Origin: Carcharhinus longimanus
Lineage: Eukaryota
Length of the DNA: 64,000 nt
Direction of reading: 5' to 3'
NCBI GenBank assembly: GCA_030264375.1
Contig: JASCQW010000105.1
Span: forward strand, 52,772,114-52,836,113
Shown: positions 1 to 13,140 of the stretch, in pieces
Layout: every line of letters starts with the position of its first letter
How positions within the stretch are numbered: position 1 is the stretch's first letter
Notes under the pieces: model-generated
What the model saw: only the letters and a program-made list of their open reading frames with translations
Told to the model about the DNA's origin: nothing
Database searches by the model: none
Program-made: the position numbers and the translations under genes

Positions 1-370
1 CATTACCCAGTACCAAGTCCAATGTGGCCCCACCTCTTGTCGGCTTATCCACATATTGTGTCAGGAAACCCTCCTGCGCACACTGTACAAAAAGTGTCCC
101 ATCTGAACTATTCAACCTATAAAGGCTCCAATCAATATTTGGAAAGTTAAAGTCACCCATGATAACTACCCTGTGTCCGCCACACGTATCCATAATCTGC
201 TTTGCCATTTCCTCCTCCACATCTCTATTACTACTTAGGGGCCTATAGCAAACTCCTAACAACATGACCGATCCTTTCCTACTTCTAACTTCAGCCCATA
301 TTACCTTTGTAAGCAGATCCCCCTCAAAATGCCTTTCAGCAGCCGTTAAACTATCCTTGATTAACAATGC
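1..370 (-). mobile_element. CR1-type LINE ORF2 endonuclease fragment
   Basis: Minus strand reads VVIMGDFNF and QYVDKPTRGGATLDLVLGN (APE endonuclease motifs). Confidence 0.85.
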
Positions 371-1478
371 AATTAACCTACAGCAATTTTTATCTGTTCT
401 GGTCTGAAAGTGCTCATTATTAAAAAGTGAAAACTTACTTGTATTCAATGCCTTGTTTCAAACATCTGTACAGAAACTTGTATGCTTAGTCACAGAAGTT
501 GGATGAAAAGTAAGGTCACCCACCAGTTTCCGTGTAGGAAAAGATAACAACACATTTAACAAAGAGACACACCATGAATTGTGAATTACCATGAACTGTT
601 GGACAACTTGTGCCGCTGTCATCAGCCATACAAAATGAAAGCTCACTACCAATGTCCTCATGGATATCACATAAGTGTTGCATTGTGCTGTAAACATAAA
701 TGAATCTCACCTTTAAGGCTGGTATTCCATGATGTAAGGAGCTTGTTAAGATTCAAGTTACGAGCCTTGAAGCCAGCAAAAAGAATAATTGAGAATATGG
801 AGTTCTACAAGAGGATAAATTGATCTTAGATATAATCTAGATTTTACTTTTCTTTCTGTCTCCACCTCTTAATTCAATCTTTCTCACTTTTTTTTGTATA
901 TCATTTGACTCAAATTCACACTATTTTTTTTCCTGTCATTTCCTCTGTTTCTTTCCCAAGCTTTAAGCANNNNNNNNNNCCTTTGATTGAAGAGATGAAC
1001 CATTAGGCATAAAGCTCATGAAGTTCCATTCGCATTTCCAGCATTTTGCATTGCAAGTATATGATCTGAAGGATGAGGTAAAAACCCAATTGATGGTGTT
1101 CACCATGTGATCCATTGCTTCAGCAATATCTGGGCCATTGTATCTTTAAATATACTACAAAAAAACTCTTCAATATCGGAAATATTTTTCTTATGTCGGA
1201 AATTTTTATTATATCGGAAATAAGTTCTTAATTGATCTACAATATATTAAAAATCTCAAGGTCACACATATTTCAGTGGATTGGAAAACCTCAAATGTAA
1301 TGTCACAATTAAACAACGAGAGGCAAAGTGCATGAAACCAGAGAGTAGCTTAGTCTAAAACCTAGAACTCCCTTTCTAGCAGCACTTTGGATGTATTTAC
1401 ACTACGTGGCTTGCAGTGGTTCAAGAAGATGGCTCACCACCATCTCCTCAACTGCAGTTAGCAACGGGNNNNNNNNNN

Positions 1479-3362
1479 AACATTTTGAAAATGGCAATAC
1501 AATAAAGCAGAGACAACACGATTTTATGGAAGGGAAATTGTGTTTGATAAATTTATTAGGGTTCTTTGAAGACGTAACAGGCAGGGTGGTTTAGGGGAAA
1601 CCAATAGATGTAATGTCCTTGGGTTTCCAAAGGTAATTCAATAAGGAGTCATTTGAAATGTTGTGGCACAGGAGAAGAGTTCATAGTGTTCAAGATAATA
1701 TATTAGCAGGGATAAAGAATTGGGTAAGTAACAGGGAACAGAAAATCAGGATAAATGGATCATTTTCAGATTGATAAGCTGTAACCAATGGAGTTTCACA
1801 GAGGTTTGTGCTGGGGCTTCAACTATTTATATCAATAATTGGATGAAGGGACTGAATGTAATGTATTTAAATTTTCTTGGTGATAAAAATAGGTGGAAAA
1901 GATAGTTATGAGGAGGATATAAAGGACTGAATTTTATCTGAAGGAAGGCGTTAAAGCCAGGGGCTGTTGTTATTGGACAGTTCCCTGCACTATCCAGCAT
2001 GGGAAAGACACTGGGTGGGGTGCTCACTGGGTAATTAGGGCAGCTAAATTGCATTACTAAGGCTTTAATTGGGACCATAAAGAGAGCTAGCAGAGATTTT
2101 GCTGGAGTTAGGGAGGTTTCCTGTCACATGGGCAAGCCTCCAGCTTCATTGAGGCATGCAGCACACAAGAACAGAGATGGGTCGGTATCAAAGCTGGATG
2201 CTTCAGGCCCAACGAGAGGGCTATCCCAATGGTCCCAACAATTCCTCCCAGAGTAGTCTGTCTTTCTCAACTGCTGAATTTATTATTTTTAGTTTTTTTT
2301 TTAACCTGGGAGTGCCATGAGGTCTTCCAGCTGCCTCAGCAATACTGACCTCTGCTGTAGGTGCTGCTGAAGCTTCAGAGCTGGCAGCAAAGGAATCCAC
2401 CCCCTGTCCTTAAGTGGATGGCAGGCCTGAAGGGAGCCAATTTAGAGTAAAGTCACCAGACTTATTCTGCAGCCATCAATTGTGAGCTCGTAGCCCTCCT
2501 TAAGTCCCTACTTCAGGGTCAAGGGGCCAGCAGTAAAGTTCAGCCCATAAGGCCCACAAAGCTATATAAACAGTTAAATAAACAGGCAAAAGATTTGACA
2601 GTTAAAGTATAATGTGGGAAAATGTGAGGTGGCCCAAACTGTGGTAGCAAGTTTAGAAAAGCAAAATAATTTTTAGTCGGAGGGAGACTGCAAAACTCTG
2701 CAATATGGAAGCGTCTGAGAGTCATCATACATGAATTACAAAACGTCAGCATGCAGGTACAACAGTCATTAGAAAGGTAAATGGAATGTTGATGTGAGGA
2801 AAATAAGTATAGAAGTAGAGGAATCTTGCTCTAACTATTGGGGGCTTTAGTGAACCCAGTGTACAGCCTCCATTGAAAGCAGTTCAGAGAAGGTTCAATA
2901 GGTTGACTGCCAGAATGAAAGGGTGATCTTATGGAGGAAAGGTTCAGCAAGTTGGGCTGATATTCACTGGAGTTTAGGGAAGTGAGAGCTAACCTTATTG
3001 AAGCATATAAGATTCTGAAGGGACTTGATACAGTAGATATTGAGATAATGTGTCCTATCATGGAGAAATTTAGAACAAGGGGGTACAGCTTCAAAATAAG
3101 GGATCTCTGGTTTATAATGGAGGGAACGAGAAAACTCTTCTCTCAGAGAGTTGTTAATATTTGGAATTCTCTACCCAACAGCTGTGGAGGCTGAGTCGTT
3201 GAATATATTCAAGATTTTGAGTTGGACAGATTTTTGAATTAGTGAGAGGCAAAGATTATGGAGAGCGGGAAGATAAATGGAGTTGAATTCAAGAACAGAT
3301 CAACCATAATCATATTGAGTAGTGGAGCAGATGAGATGGCCTGCTCCTATTACTATATTGTT
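1479..3362 (+). mobile_element. Decayed CR1 LINE, RT to 3' end, interrupted by a TIR element
   Basis: QHDFMEGKLCLINLLGFFEDVT, MRANLIEAYKILKGLD, FSQRVVNIWNSLP and the CR1 3' tail gatggcctgctcctatt. Confidence 0.9.
1924..2546. mobile_element. ~620-bp non-autonomous TIR (MITE-like, possibly PIF/Harbinger) element nested in CR1
   Basis: Ends ggactgaattttatctg ... cagtaaagttcagccc are imperfect inverted repeats. CR1 RT sequence resumes on both sides. Confidence 0.6.
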
Positions 3363-4239
3363 ATCAATCCTATTGTTAGAAAACAATGTTAAGCCACTTT
3401 TTAAAAATATTCATAAGATTAAACTTGACTAATATCCAGTTATTCAAAAGATTCTATTTTACAAATCCTTTATTTTGCTATCTTAGTACATCTTTCACCA
3501 ACTTGTACCAAATTCTCTGACCCAGCATGAGTGATGGACAGCATATACAAAGAAATGCACTTGAAATAAGTTGCTGTTAGTCAAATCTCTCATCTCAATA
3601 AATTTCAAATAAATCATAGCATTTCTAAAGCTAAGATAGCTATCTGCAGATTGAATCCCCTGCCTCTCCTTCAAATATGGTAATTGGACTGTAATGATTA
3701 TGATCCAAGGAGAAGGACATTTGTCCCTTCTTGGTTTCCAAGAGAAAGGTATTGCATGTAGCCTACCAATATCATCCACAATAAAAAAAACCATAAAAGC
3801 AATTGTGCTCCACTTGGATGGACTTATAACAGTGAAAATCAAGGAAGATATATCAAGTTCATCAAAGCTGCCAGTACAAGATAGAAGTATTCTGCTTCTT
3901 TTCTGAAGAGCAAAAAAGGGACATCAGAAAAATCATCAGCACTAGTTACTGGAAGATCCAAACAAGACAAGTATGAATCTCATATGAAAATCAAAAATCT
4001 TATACTGCACTGAGAATATGATGGACTTTCTGGTTGTGGAGAAATGCTCTGCCATCATTACAATAGGGCACTTGCCACCATTCAAGCCAAGTTTGAGATT
4101 ATGACAGAGGCTATGAATTTGTAGTCTTCATGAATAAAATCAAATAGTGGAATGAGTTCAAAACTCCCAAAAGTGCATGCAGTAAAACATTAATTTCAGT
4201 TCATTACCACTGATTTGTCTAATTCAAAACTGATTAACT

Positions 4240-6700
4240 TCTTCTTTATTCTTTCATGGGACATAGTACTACTCGCTAGGCCAGAATTTGCTACCCATTC
4301 CTATTGTCCTCAAGAAGGTGGTGGTGAGCCAGCTTCACAAACCGCTCTAGTCCATGTGGTGCAAGTATACCACAGTGCTGTTAGGAAGGGAATTCCACCA
4401 TTTTGACCCAACAACACTGAAAGAACAGTGATGTAGTCCTAAATCAAGATTTCATATGGGTTGGAGGGTAACCTGTAGATGGTGGTGTTTCCATGCATCT
4501 GCTGCCATTGTCCATCCAGCTGGTAGGAGGTCACGAGTTTGGAAGGTCAAAGTGAAGTGCTGTAGTGATATAGTACACACTGTTGCTGTGAGTTGGTGGT
4601 GGAGGAAGTGAATATTTGTGAATGGAGTGGTAATTAAGCGAGCAGTTTTTTGCTGGATGGTGTCAAGCTTCTTGAGAGTTGTTGAAGCTGTACTCATCTA
4701 GCCAAGTGGAAAATATTCCATCACACTCCTGACTCATATCTTGTAGAATGATTCCCCAAAGCCTATCCACAGGCGGTGAGTTAATCAATGTAGAATTATG
4801 AGCCTCTTATCTGCTTTTCTAGCTACGCTATTTATATGGCTGGTCCAGTTAAGTTCTGTCCAATGGCCACCTCAAGGATTTTGATAGTGAGAGATTCAGT
4901 GATGGTAATGTTATTGAATGTCAAAGGGGAGATGATTAGATTTTCCCTATTAGAAGATGATCATTGCCTGGCACTTGTGTGTTATGAATGTTATTTGCTA
5001 CTTATCAGCCCAAGTCTGAGTGATGTCCATGTTTTACTGCATTTAGACATGGTATGCTTTAGTATCTGAGAAGTCACAAATGAAACTAAGCATTATACAA
5101 TCCTCAGCAAACAAGCTCACTTCTGACCATAAATTGAAAGGAAGATAACTGATTCATCAGATGAAGTTGGTTGGGCCTAGAACACTACCCTCAGGATCTC
5201 CTGCAGCAATGTACTAGGACTAAAATTATTGGTTGGTAACAACTATGGCCATCTTCCTTTGTGCTAGGTATGGTTCCAACTAGTGGAAAGATACTTCTTT
5301 AATCTTTCATAGGATGTGAGCATTGCTGGCCAGGCCAGCATTTATTGCCCATCCCTAATTGGCTTTGAGAAGGGGCAAGTTTTCCCCAATTCCTACTGAC
5401 TTCAATTTTGAAATGAATTGGTTGATGTTTGGCATCTGTAATGTTGGAGACAGCAGAAGGAGGCCTAGATCCATCATTCACTTGACATTTCTGGCTGAGG
5501 GTGGTTTCTAAATGCTTCAGTTCAACTTTTACACTGATGTGCTGGGCTTCCCATGAGTGAGGATGGGGATATTTATGGAGCCTTAATCTCTGGTTAGTTG
5601 TTTAATTGACACCAACATTCAAGTTTGGATCTGACAGGACTTCAGAGCTTTGATCTGATCTGATTTGCTGATTGTGTGATTGTAAGGCTCTGTCCACTGT
5701 TTCCACTATTTAGCATGTTTGGAATCCTATGTTGTATCTTCACCAGGTTGACACTTCATTTTTATTTATGCTTTGTGCTGCTCCTGTCATACTCTCCTGT
5801 ATTCTTCAATGATCCATGGCTTGAAGATAAGAAGGGGTACTTGGGCCACGGGATTGTAGATTGTGGTTGAATAGAGTTCTGCTGCTGATGGCCCATGCGC
5901 TAATGGTTACCCAGTTTTGTATTCCTAGATCTATTCCATTTAGCACAGAGATAGTGCCACACAACATGATAGAGGATATCTTTGATCTGAAGGTGGAATT
6001 TCCCTTCCCTTGTGGACTATGTGGTGGTCACTCCTATGCATACTGTCATAACTAGATGCTTAGCTGAGTGGGACTAGTAGGCGGTAATCCGCAGGAGGTT
6101 TCCTTCCCCGAGTTTAAGCTGATATCATGAGACATCACAGTTTTCAGGCTGAGGACTCTGACAGCAACTCCCTGCTGACTGTGTACCACTGTCCTGTTGC
6201 CTCTGGTCGTTTCATTATGTCAGTGGATGGCAATAATAGTGTCTGGGACATTGTCTGTAAGGTATGACCACATGAGTCTGACTATGTCAAGTTGCCACTT
6301 GACTATTCTGTGACACAGTTCTCGCAGTTTTGGCTGCAAGGAGGACTTTGCAGGATCAACAGAGTTGGCTGTGCTGTTGTTACCATTGCCTTACTTAATA
6401 CTAATTAGTGTGTTCAGTTTCATTCCTTTTTGACTCTTCTGTAGAAATTTGACACAACTAAATGGCTCATCAGGCCATTTCAGAGGGCATTAAATGATTC
6501 GACAACATAACTGTGTGTCTGAAGTCACATCGAGACCAGACCAGGTAAAGTTGCAGATGAGATTTTACAACAATTGATAATATTGTCATCACCAACATGT
6601 CTGAAACTAGCTTTTAAACCAGGTTTATTAATCAAGTTTAAATTCCACCAGCATGATAGGATTTGAATCCGTAACCTCAGAGCAATCTAGATCTCCACCA
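4240..6700 (-). mobile_element. Decayed CR1-group LINE (second family) with related 3'-end and SINE-like pieces
   Basis: TTLKKLDTIQQKTARLI RT C-terminus. The 3' tail motif gggcaataaatgctggcctggccagc occurs at ~5325-5350, with a decayed copy at ~4255-4300. Confidence 0.7.
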
Positions 6701-7333
6701 CACGTAAAATTTCCAAAACCCACTTAACTAAATTCACGTTTGAGCTTCTATATCAAAGGGATCTGGTTATCAGATGCTACAATCATATTATATCCTTCCA
6801 GTTACTATTCAACTGGTAACTTCAGTGAAAACCTGCAATCTTACGTTTGTAGGTTTCTTCCCATCCCTCCTATATCTGAATGCACATCTTTATAATTTTA
6901 TCATTGTTTATTATTATTTCAACACAAGCTTCACCATGATAAGCATCATCTACACATCTTGAATAAAAATTCCACTCTTAATTTTACTGTACCGCGTCAG
7001 AAATGAACAATTAAAACCAAGGGTGGAAGTTGACTGAGGGATGCTGAGGTGTGAATCACAGATATATAACGTATAATTATAAATTTTCAGTTTAAAAAAG
7101 CTGAATCCAAAATAAGAATATTAGTTTTATATTGGCCAAGTACAGCATAATCCATTCTATTCTCCTCCGTTTAATAACAGAGCAAACTTTATTTAGAACA
7201 GAATAGATCAGAGAAACTAGCAGTACGTATGTCTTTACATGTGAGGACCATTGTTATAAAAATGGTAAGCTCTCAATGATATTCATCTTATCATCACTAA
7301 TAACTTGCTAATTTAAGATCCCCTAAACTCAAT

Positions 7334-7460
7334 AGGTGGGGTTTTATGGCTACACTCATCCAGACACCAGAAATCTCACCTAAGATCAATGGACTTTTCC
7401 ACGGTCTGCCCCTCGCCTACTACGATTCCCGCGATGGATGGAATGGGAAGATTTGCCCCA
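7334..7460. mobile_element. ~130-bp MITE-like dispersed repeat
   Basis: Imperfect TIRs (ggtggggtttt ... aagatttgccc). Clearly related to 30493-30619 (inverted) and 55361-55486. Confidence 0.6.
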
Positions 7461-8119
7461 ATGTCTCCTGTAATTTGTTATTGAGATGTATGTCTTATGA
7501 GCATGTGATGAATTTGAACTAAGTTAAAAAGTGGAAGTAGTGACAGTGTGCAAGCCAACACCTCTTCATTAGCATTTTAAAGGCATATATTTTTGCTCAC
7601 ATTTTGTACTATAAAACCTAAATTTTTATGCTGGAGGCAACCAGAAAGTTAAGGTGCAAAAAGAAAGTTGTATTTCTCCATTGATCTTTTAGTGTGAAAG
7701 TTATGTTAAAAGTCTATAGTCCATATGTTTATTCAACAATGTAACAATATGAAAAAGATCATTGAAATGGCTTTACGTGCTTAGTCTTCAAAGAGAAAAA
7801 ATGGGCAATCCAACCTTATACCTATAATTAAAATGACTATAGATGTTGATAATATTCTGGCTAATGTTCTTTTAAACAATGCAGAATACTATTGTTAGTC
7901 AGTTCAGCACCAAATTTGTGGCAGAGTGATAGAAATCAATAAACAAGGAAGCGCAATGCATACCATGTGAAATGATTATAGCCCTTGCTGCTTGCATTTG
8001 TACAAAATTAATGGCTTTGAGTAATTACTAAAAGCTTAGTTCACAATAGCGTACAAAAGCTCACAACAGTCCTCAAAGCATTCATCAAAAATCATTCACT
8101 TCACTTTTGGTGCTTCTAC

Positions 8120-8255
8120 AAATGGTACATGCAGAATTTTATTAGTTCCTAATCATAAAGCAGCAAGTCGATCTGTTCAGTCTAACCCACAAATACTGGC
8201 AGCATGAAATCAGAGGAAAAGAACAAGCAAGTTGGGAAAACCATGCAGTGATGAC
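8120..8255 (-). promoter_or_regulatory. Candidate intronic splicing-regulatory cluster downstream of exon 9
   Basis: Sense-strand TGCATG at 8247-8242 and 8133-8128 (RBFOX), ACTAAT at 8146-8141 (QKI), several YGCY (MBNL) motifs. Confidence 0.5.
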
Positions 8256-8259
8256 AGAC

Positions 8260-8370
8260 CTTTGGAGGGAGGTCCATTTTTTGGTCAGGAGACATAACGT
8301 AAGCAGCTTGCGTGTAGGCATAGCTTTTGTAGCGTTTAGAAGGTGAAGGAGTGCGTACGTGGACTGTGAT
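8260..8370 (-). CDS. dmd: Dystrophin coding exon orthologous to human DMD exon 9 (hinge 1), 111 nt, phase 0-0
   Basis: Polypyrimidine acceptor ttttcccaatttcccccttctag|ATC. Translation ITVHVRTPSPSKRYKSYAYTQAAYVMSPDQKMDLPPK, donor AAG|gtctgt. KSYAYTQAAYV is identical to human dystrophin exon 9 and distinguishes it from utrophin. Not shown in the correct frame in the ORF track. Confidence 0.96.
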
Positions 8371-9214
8371 CTAGAAGGGGGAAATTGGGAAAAGCACACA
8401 AATAATGTGGAAAGAGTGTCAGCAAGTAGAAAAATATGAACAACAACATAAACTGAGTGATGAAAACTTAGCAACACCACAAGAAATCTGCGCAATAATA
8501 CTGCTCACACCAAAGACTTCGGAGTTAGATAGAGAAGCGCTAAAACAAATAAAAGCCAGAATTGAAAGTTCCTCCATCACTAATATCAAAAACAGCAGAG
8601 ACAATTTCCACAAGAAGAACTAAATGTCAACCTGTCTTTTAGATAGACACATTAGCTTTTCACAGGCTGAGGTAGAAAACCTTATTTCTACATGGCACTC
8701 CAATCAGCAACCTTATTAAAAACCTTTATGTTAGTGTACCTTGGGTTAGTGGGACACTGTTGACCTTCCCAGGTAATTATAATTATTTCTAAAACTATTG
8801 AATTTATATCTCATCAAGCCTTAACCAATCAAAAAACTCAAACACAAGCATTTTGCACAAAAATCACTGGCATACAAGGATGACCAATAAGTGGATTAAC
8901 AAAAGATTCAAACTCATATTCTTGTATGCAGGTTTTGAAAAGTTATTACTGATTATTTGCCTACAGAAGCTTTTACATTTATAATAAGGCAAACAATGGG
9001 ATATCCCGATCGCGCTGATGTCGATGGCATTTTGCATGGCTTGCCCATCTTGCTGCCAGGGAGCCTGCCGAGGAGGTGGGAGTGGGTGCCTATGGCGGAA
9101 CTGGAAGGTCCTGCTGATGAGAGGGGCCAGATAATCCCACCCATAATCTGGTTAATCAGGTGACCTGGCCAATAATTATTTCTCAACCAAAAGCAAAGAA
9201 AAAAGAACAAAGTA

Positions 9215-9366
9215 TTTGGTCACCTATTTCATTGATGTTTGTGAGCAAATTTGCTGCCACAACAACCTACGTTCCAACATAATTAAACTTCACAAACACT
9301 TCATTGGCAGGAATGTGCTCTGAACAAAAAAGGGATATGAAACATGCTTTAAAATGCAAGCTTTTT
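9215..9366 (+). mobile_element. Deu-domain SINE 3' fragment
   Basis: cattgatgtttgtgag...acttcacaaacacttcattggc...aaatgcaagctttt resembles the SacSINE1/AmnSINE1 3' part. Confidence 0.55.
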
Positions 9367-10734
9367 TCCCATTATTGGGGCATTTTTTGAGTGCTAAATT
9401 AATCTCATATGTTTCATCTGTACCTAATAAACCTCTTCAGATTAAGATTATTCCAGACAGAGTGATACTCTACCATGGAAGTTACTGCATCAGAGAACAG
9501 CTATATGAGGCATCCAGCATTAAATTTTTAATGCTTAGCATACTTGGAGCAGAAGCATCAAGCAGAGGTCAGGTACATTTATATAGAAACACAGGAGGCT
9601 GGTCAAGAATTAGCTCTCGTCCATTTTCTAGCACATTCTACTGACTCATGCAGTGAATTGCAACAGCATTAGAAGCCTAGATGAAGGAGCTCACCACCTG
9701 CTACCCTCTTGGCTACTTTGACAAAGGAAAAATTGAGTGGGGTTAATTCTATGAGTCACTGTACTAGTCAATGTGCCATAAATTATTTTAGTATATTCAA
9801 AAATATTACACCATAATTTCATCAGTGCATGTGCAATTCGTACTGGGGTTCCATTCTCAAACTAAGATTTATTTTGGACTATTCAATTCGCTATCAGAAA
9901 TATAACACTTTCTTATTAAATAGCAGTTTAAATACCCATTTCTTCATTAATAGTTCTGGCATGCTTACAAAATCACAGGAATGTGTCATTTTGAAATGTG
10001 CACTTGCTGATCATGTTCACGGGAAGGGAAAAAGGTAATCATACTACACCTGTAATAATGATCCTTGAACACATCTCAAGTTGCTAATGAGCCACTTAAC
10101 AAGTATAAATGACAAAAAGATTGTTCATGCTGATAATGGAGCGTGCGATATTGGTGTGAAATGGCTCACCACGTTTGGAAAGCATATTTTAACCACGTGC
10201 TACTCTGTGCACATGCACTAAAATGACTGCTTTATAGATGCACATTGCAGCTATACTGATTAATTTAATTGATTCAACATCAAGTCATTTAAGGGGATCA
10301 GACTTTGGATGAAGTGCTGGATCCAGAAACAATCAGTAATTTAAAATAATCCTTTGTCATTGCCCCCAACCCCTTACCCCAGACTCGATGAATATTGAAC
10401 ATTAATGAAAGGAAAGTCCCATTGCCAACAGTGTTGAAAATGTATCTGCCAGGACCATGTCTGAAGTGCACGTGAACAAAGCAGCCTTCCATCAGTGCTG
10501 CTGAAGCCACTGAGTGAGCATCTCCCATGATTGAACAAGTTACCTTGAACAATTAAACCTTACTTTAAGAAGCGTGCTGTGTGTTGAAAACTTGGACAAC
10601 AGAAGAATTCACTACAATATGGTATTCTGAATTGACCTTTATCACATTTGGGACTTCTGATTAAAATAAATTACAATCTCAGTTTATTCAGCTGCATTAG
10701 CAGAACGTCCCTGATGAAGAAGATAGACAATGGC

Positions 10735-10930
10735 ATCAGAGGTAGCACTGAGACCCACTCCAGAGATCCAAACTCTCAATTGGATCTGACATTTCAGTGC
10801 AGTAATGAGGGAATACTGCCCTGTTGCAAGTGCCATATTCTGGCTGAGATGTTAAATTGCAAAGAGGTTCCTCGGCATCATTTCAAAGAAAATCAGAGGA
10901 GTTAGGTCAACGGTTATCCTTCAGCCAATT
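10735..10930 (+). mobile_element. Deu-domain SINE (SacSINE1-like), decayed
   Basis: cagtgcagtaatgagggaatactg...tgagatgttaaa...tttcaaagaa...ggagtt...tatccttcagccaa pattern. Confidence 0.6.
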
Positions 10931-13049
10931 ATGGATGAAAAGACTGGCTGCAAAATATGGCTACATTGTGCCTGCAATTTTGAGGCAAAGGTGCCAGCTT
11001 TGTCCATAATTGACAATATACTAGTGCTGGACCAGGTGGCAGTTATTGGATACCTGAAAAAAAGAATTGAACAAGAGTAGGATTATATTGATGGAAAAGT
11101 AGAAAGACAGAGATACATGCTTAAAGCATCTGTGGCTGGTATATCAAAAGGTGTTGTGAGACAAGGGGAAGTAAGATGTGAGAAGGTGCAATTGGAATTG
11201 CAAGCTGAGACTCAGTATTAACAGTCCTGTTATTGGTTTCTCGACCTCTTGAAATATTCATTTCTTTTTGCCTGTAGGCATGGCCAAATCGAATGAGTTC
11301 TGAGGCCTTATCGTTAATACCAACAGTATCTACAAAATGTTAAGTGCATTAGTTTTTTTTATAATGGTTTGTATCCCTGCTGTTTGAAACTCACCCCACT
11401 CAAAACTCTCCTTTGCCCCCCAATTTTGATTATGGGGTTGCACCAGGCAAAAAGTATTGGAATGGGGTACCAGAAGAGGAAGATTTGGGAAGCACTGGCT
11501 GAGATTGTTCAAGGCACCTATTTCCCAACTTGAGTTGCCAGTCTTGGTAGCAAAATTCTGAGGTCTTAAACGTCAAGGGAACAGCCCCAGAATGGACATA
11601 CAAAGGTAGAGTTTTAAAAAATGGTGGCAGAGGCTTATTGGTTGTCCAGAATAGGTGACAGTGAATTAATGGTTCATTTTGCACTCTGCTCAGATTTCTT
11701 TTCCATTGACTCCAAAGGAAAAAAAATTGGCTTAACTACAAAATTCATTATTGCCCAAGATAAATTTTCTGTTGATATATTTAAAAACTGTGCTCAAGAC
11801 AAATTTATACCCCTATGTCCCTTTGTGTATATTAACGGCAGATAATTTTCAGTAATGCTCTGTTAATCCTTTATCTAATTAGCTCATGTTTCAATGTTGG
11901 TCCCAATTACATGTACTCTACTTTATTCTTTCCACACATTTCACTATTTTATCCTTCTTATAATATTTTATATTATTGCAGTCAGATATAAACAATCAGA
12001 GCAGCTTCCAAATGGGCAATGTAATCAAAATTTCAACTAAACTGCAGCAGTAGCTACTACGAATATTGACTGACTTGTTTTATGGTTCTTATACAACATA
12101 TTTCATTTGAATATTTCTTGGAGGAAATCATTATTTTGGAATGAAAATACCATTACCGTATCACACATGCTGTCATCCTTTAGGCTGTTACTCAAAAGTG
12201 ATCATAATAGTCAACTATGCTTAGTTATGTTGTGAACAGGATAATTTATGAGTTCTGGAAGAGTCAAGGATTTAAACTTCTATTCAAATCCCATTTCTGT
12301 ATTGTTACAACTGTCATTTCTTTTCTTGGGTGTGTTGTTGCATTGCAATCTATCTCATCTGCCTGTTCAAAAGAAATGTAAGGACCCCTTATGAAAGTTG
12401 CACAACCAATTTCTGATAAATTAAATGGTTACCATGACAACAAAATATGCACACTGCCTACCAGGAAAGCAGAACACAAACTGAAGCAAATCACAGACAA
12501 CAAAATACAAGTTTAGAGTATGTAGAAACTTTCATGAAAGTATTAATGGATATTTAAATGTATTTTTTAATCATAGGTGCACATACCAAACATGAGTCAT
12601 GAGCCAGATATGCAACCCTCTCCTTGGCCTCTGCTAAGAACACTTCGCAGCCATTAGGAAACATATGCAAACAGCCCAGAACAATTTGTCCTCATTTCAT
12701 TCTCATCTGTGGGAAAAGCACCTAACCCTTGTTTAGTATCTCCATAGATTAAATCAGAACACCAGCATGTGTACAAAATAGTAATCAATTCGTCTTTTAA
12801 GGGGGTAATAAAAACTCTGCTGCAGATCAGAGATTTGTGAATATGGAAATACTTTAAATGTCCCTTTGATTCTCTCTGTCTGGCAGTCCCTTGAAATGAG
12901 GAGGATATCCTGTGGTAAGAACCTGCATACGGATTCTTTTAACATAGAGGCTGTTGTACTGCAGCTGTGCCACAAACTGTTCAGGAGGCTCTCCCTCTCC
13001 TACCACCTGACGTAAGTTTATTGAAAGATTTCATTTGATCACATTATTA

Positions 13050-13140
13050 ATGCACCATATGTGGCCATCAAGTCCTGGAGTGGAGAGCTTCAGGCTCAGA
13101 GGCAGGAATGCTACCCACAGTGCAACAAAATCTCCTCCTG
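13050..13140 (-). mobile_element. tRNA-derived SINE head fragment
   Basis: Minus strand has an A-box-like ttgcactgtgggtagc followed by cctgcctctgagcc...cactccaggacttgatggcc. Confidence 0.45.

Larger units (their letters stand above)
1..8259 (-). other. dmd: dmd intron 9 (5' part, continues beyond window)
   Basis: Begins GTCTGT. No exon-10-like sequence (YQTALEEVLSWLL) seen. Confidence 0.8.

Noticed and set aside
700-800. Minus-strand donor AAG|GTGAGA as possible exon 10
   Set aside because: No frame resembles exon 10 (LDRYQTALEEVLSWLLSAED) and there is no convincing acceptor.
8142-8495. 117-aa minus-strand ORF
   Set aside because: Overlaps dmd exon 9 in the wrong frame. The real coding frame is bounded by splice sites at 8370 and 8260.
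8405-8623. 72-aa coiled-coil-looking plus-strand ORF next to exon 9
   Set aside because: Complement of the pyrimidine-rich intron 3' end, which gives A/G-rich K/E codons by composition.
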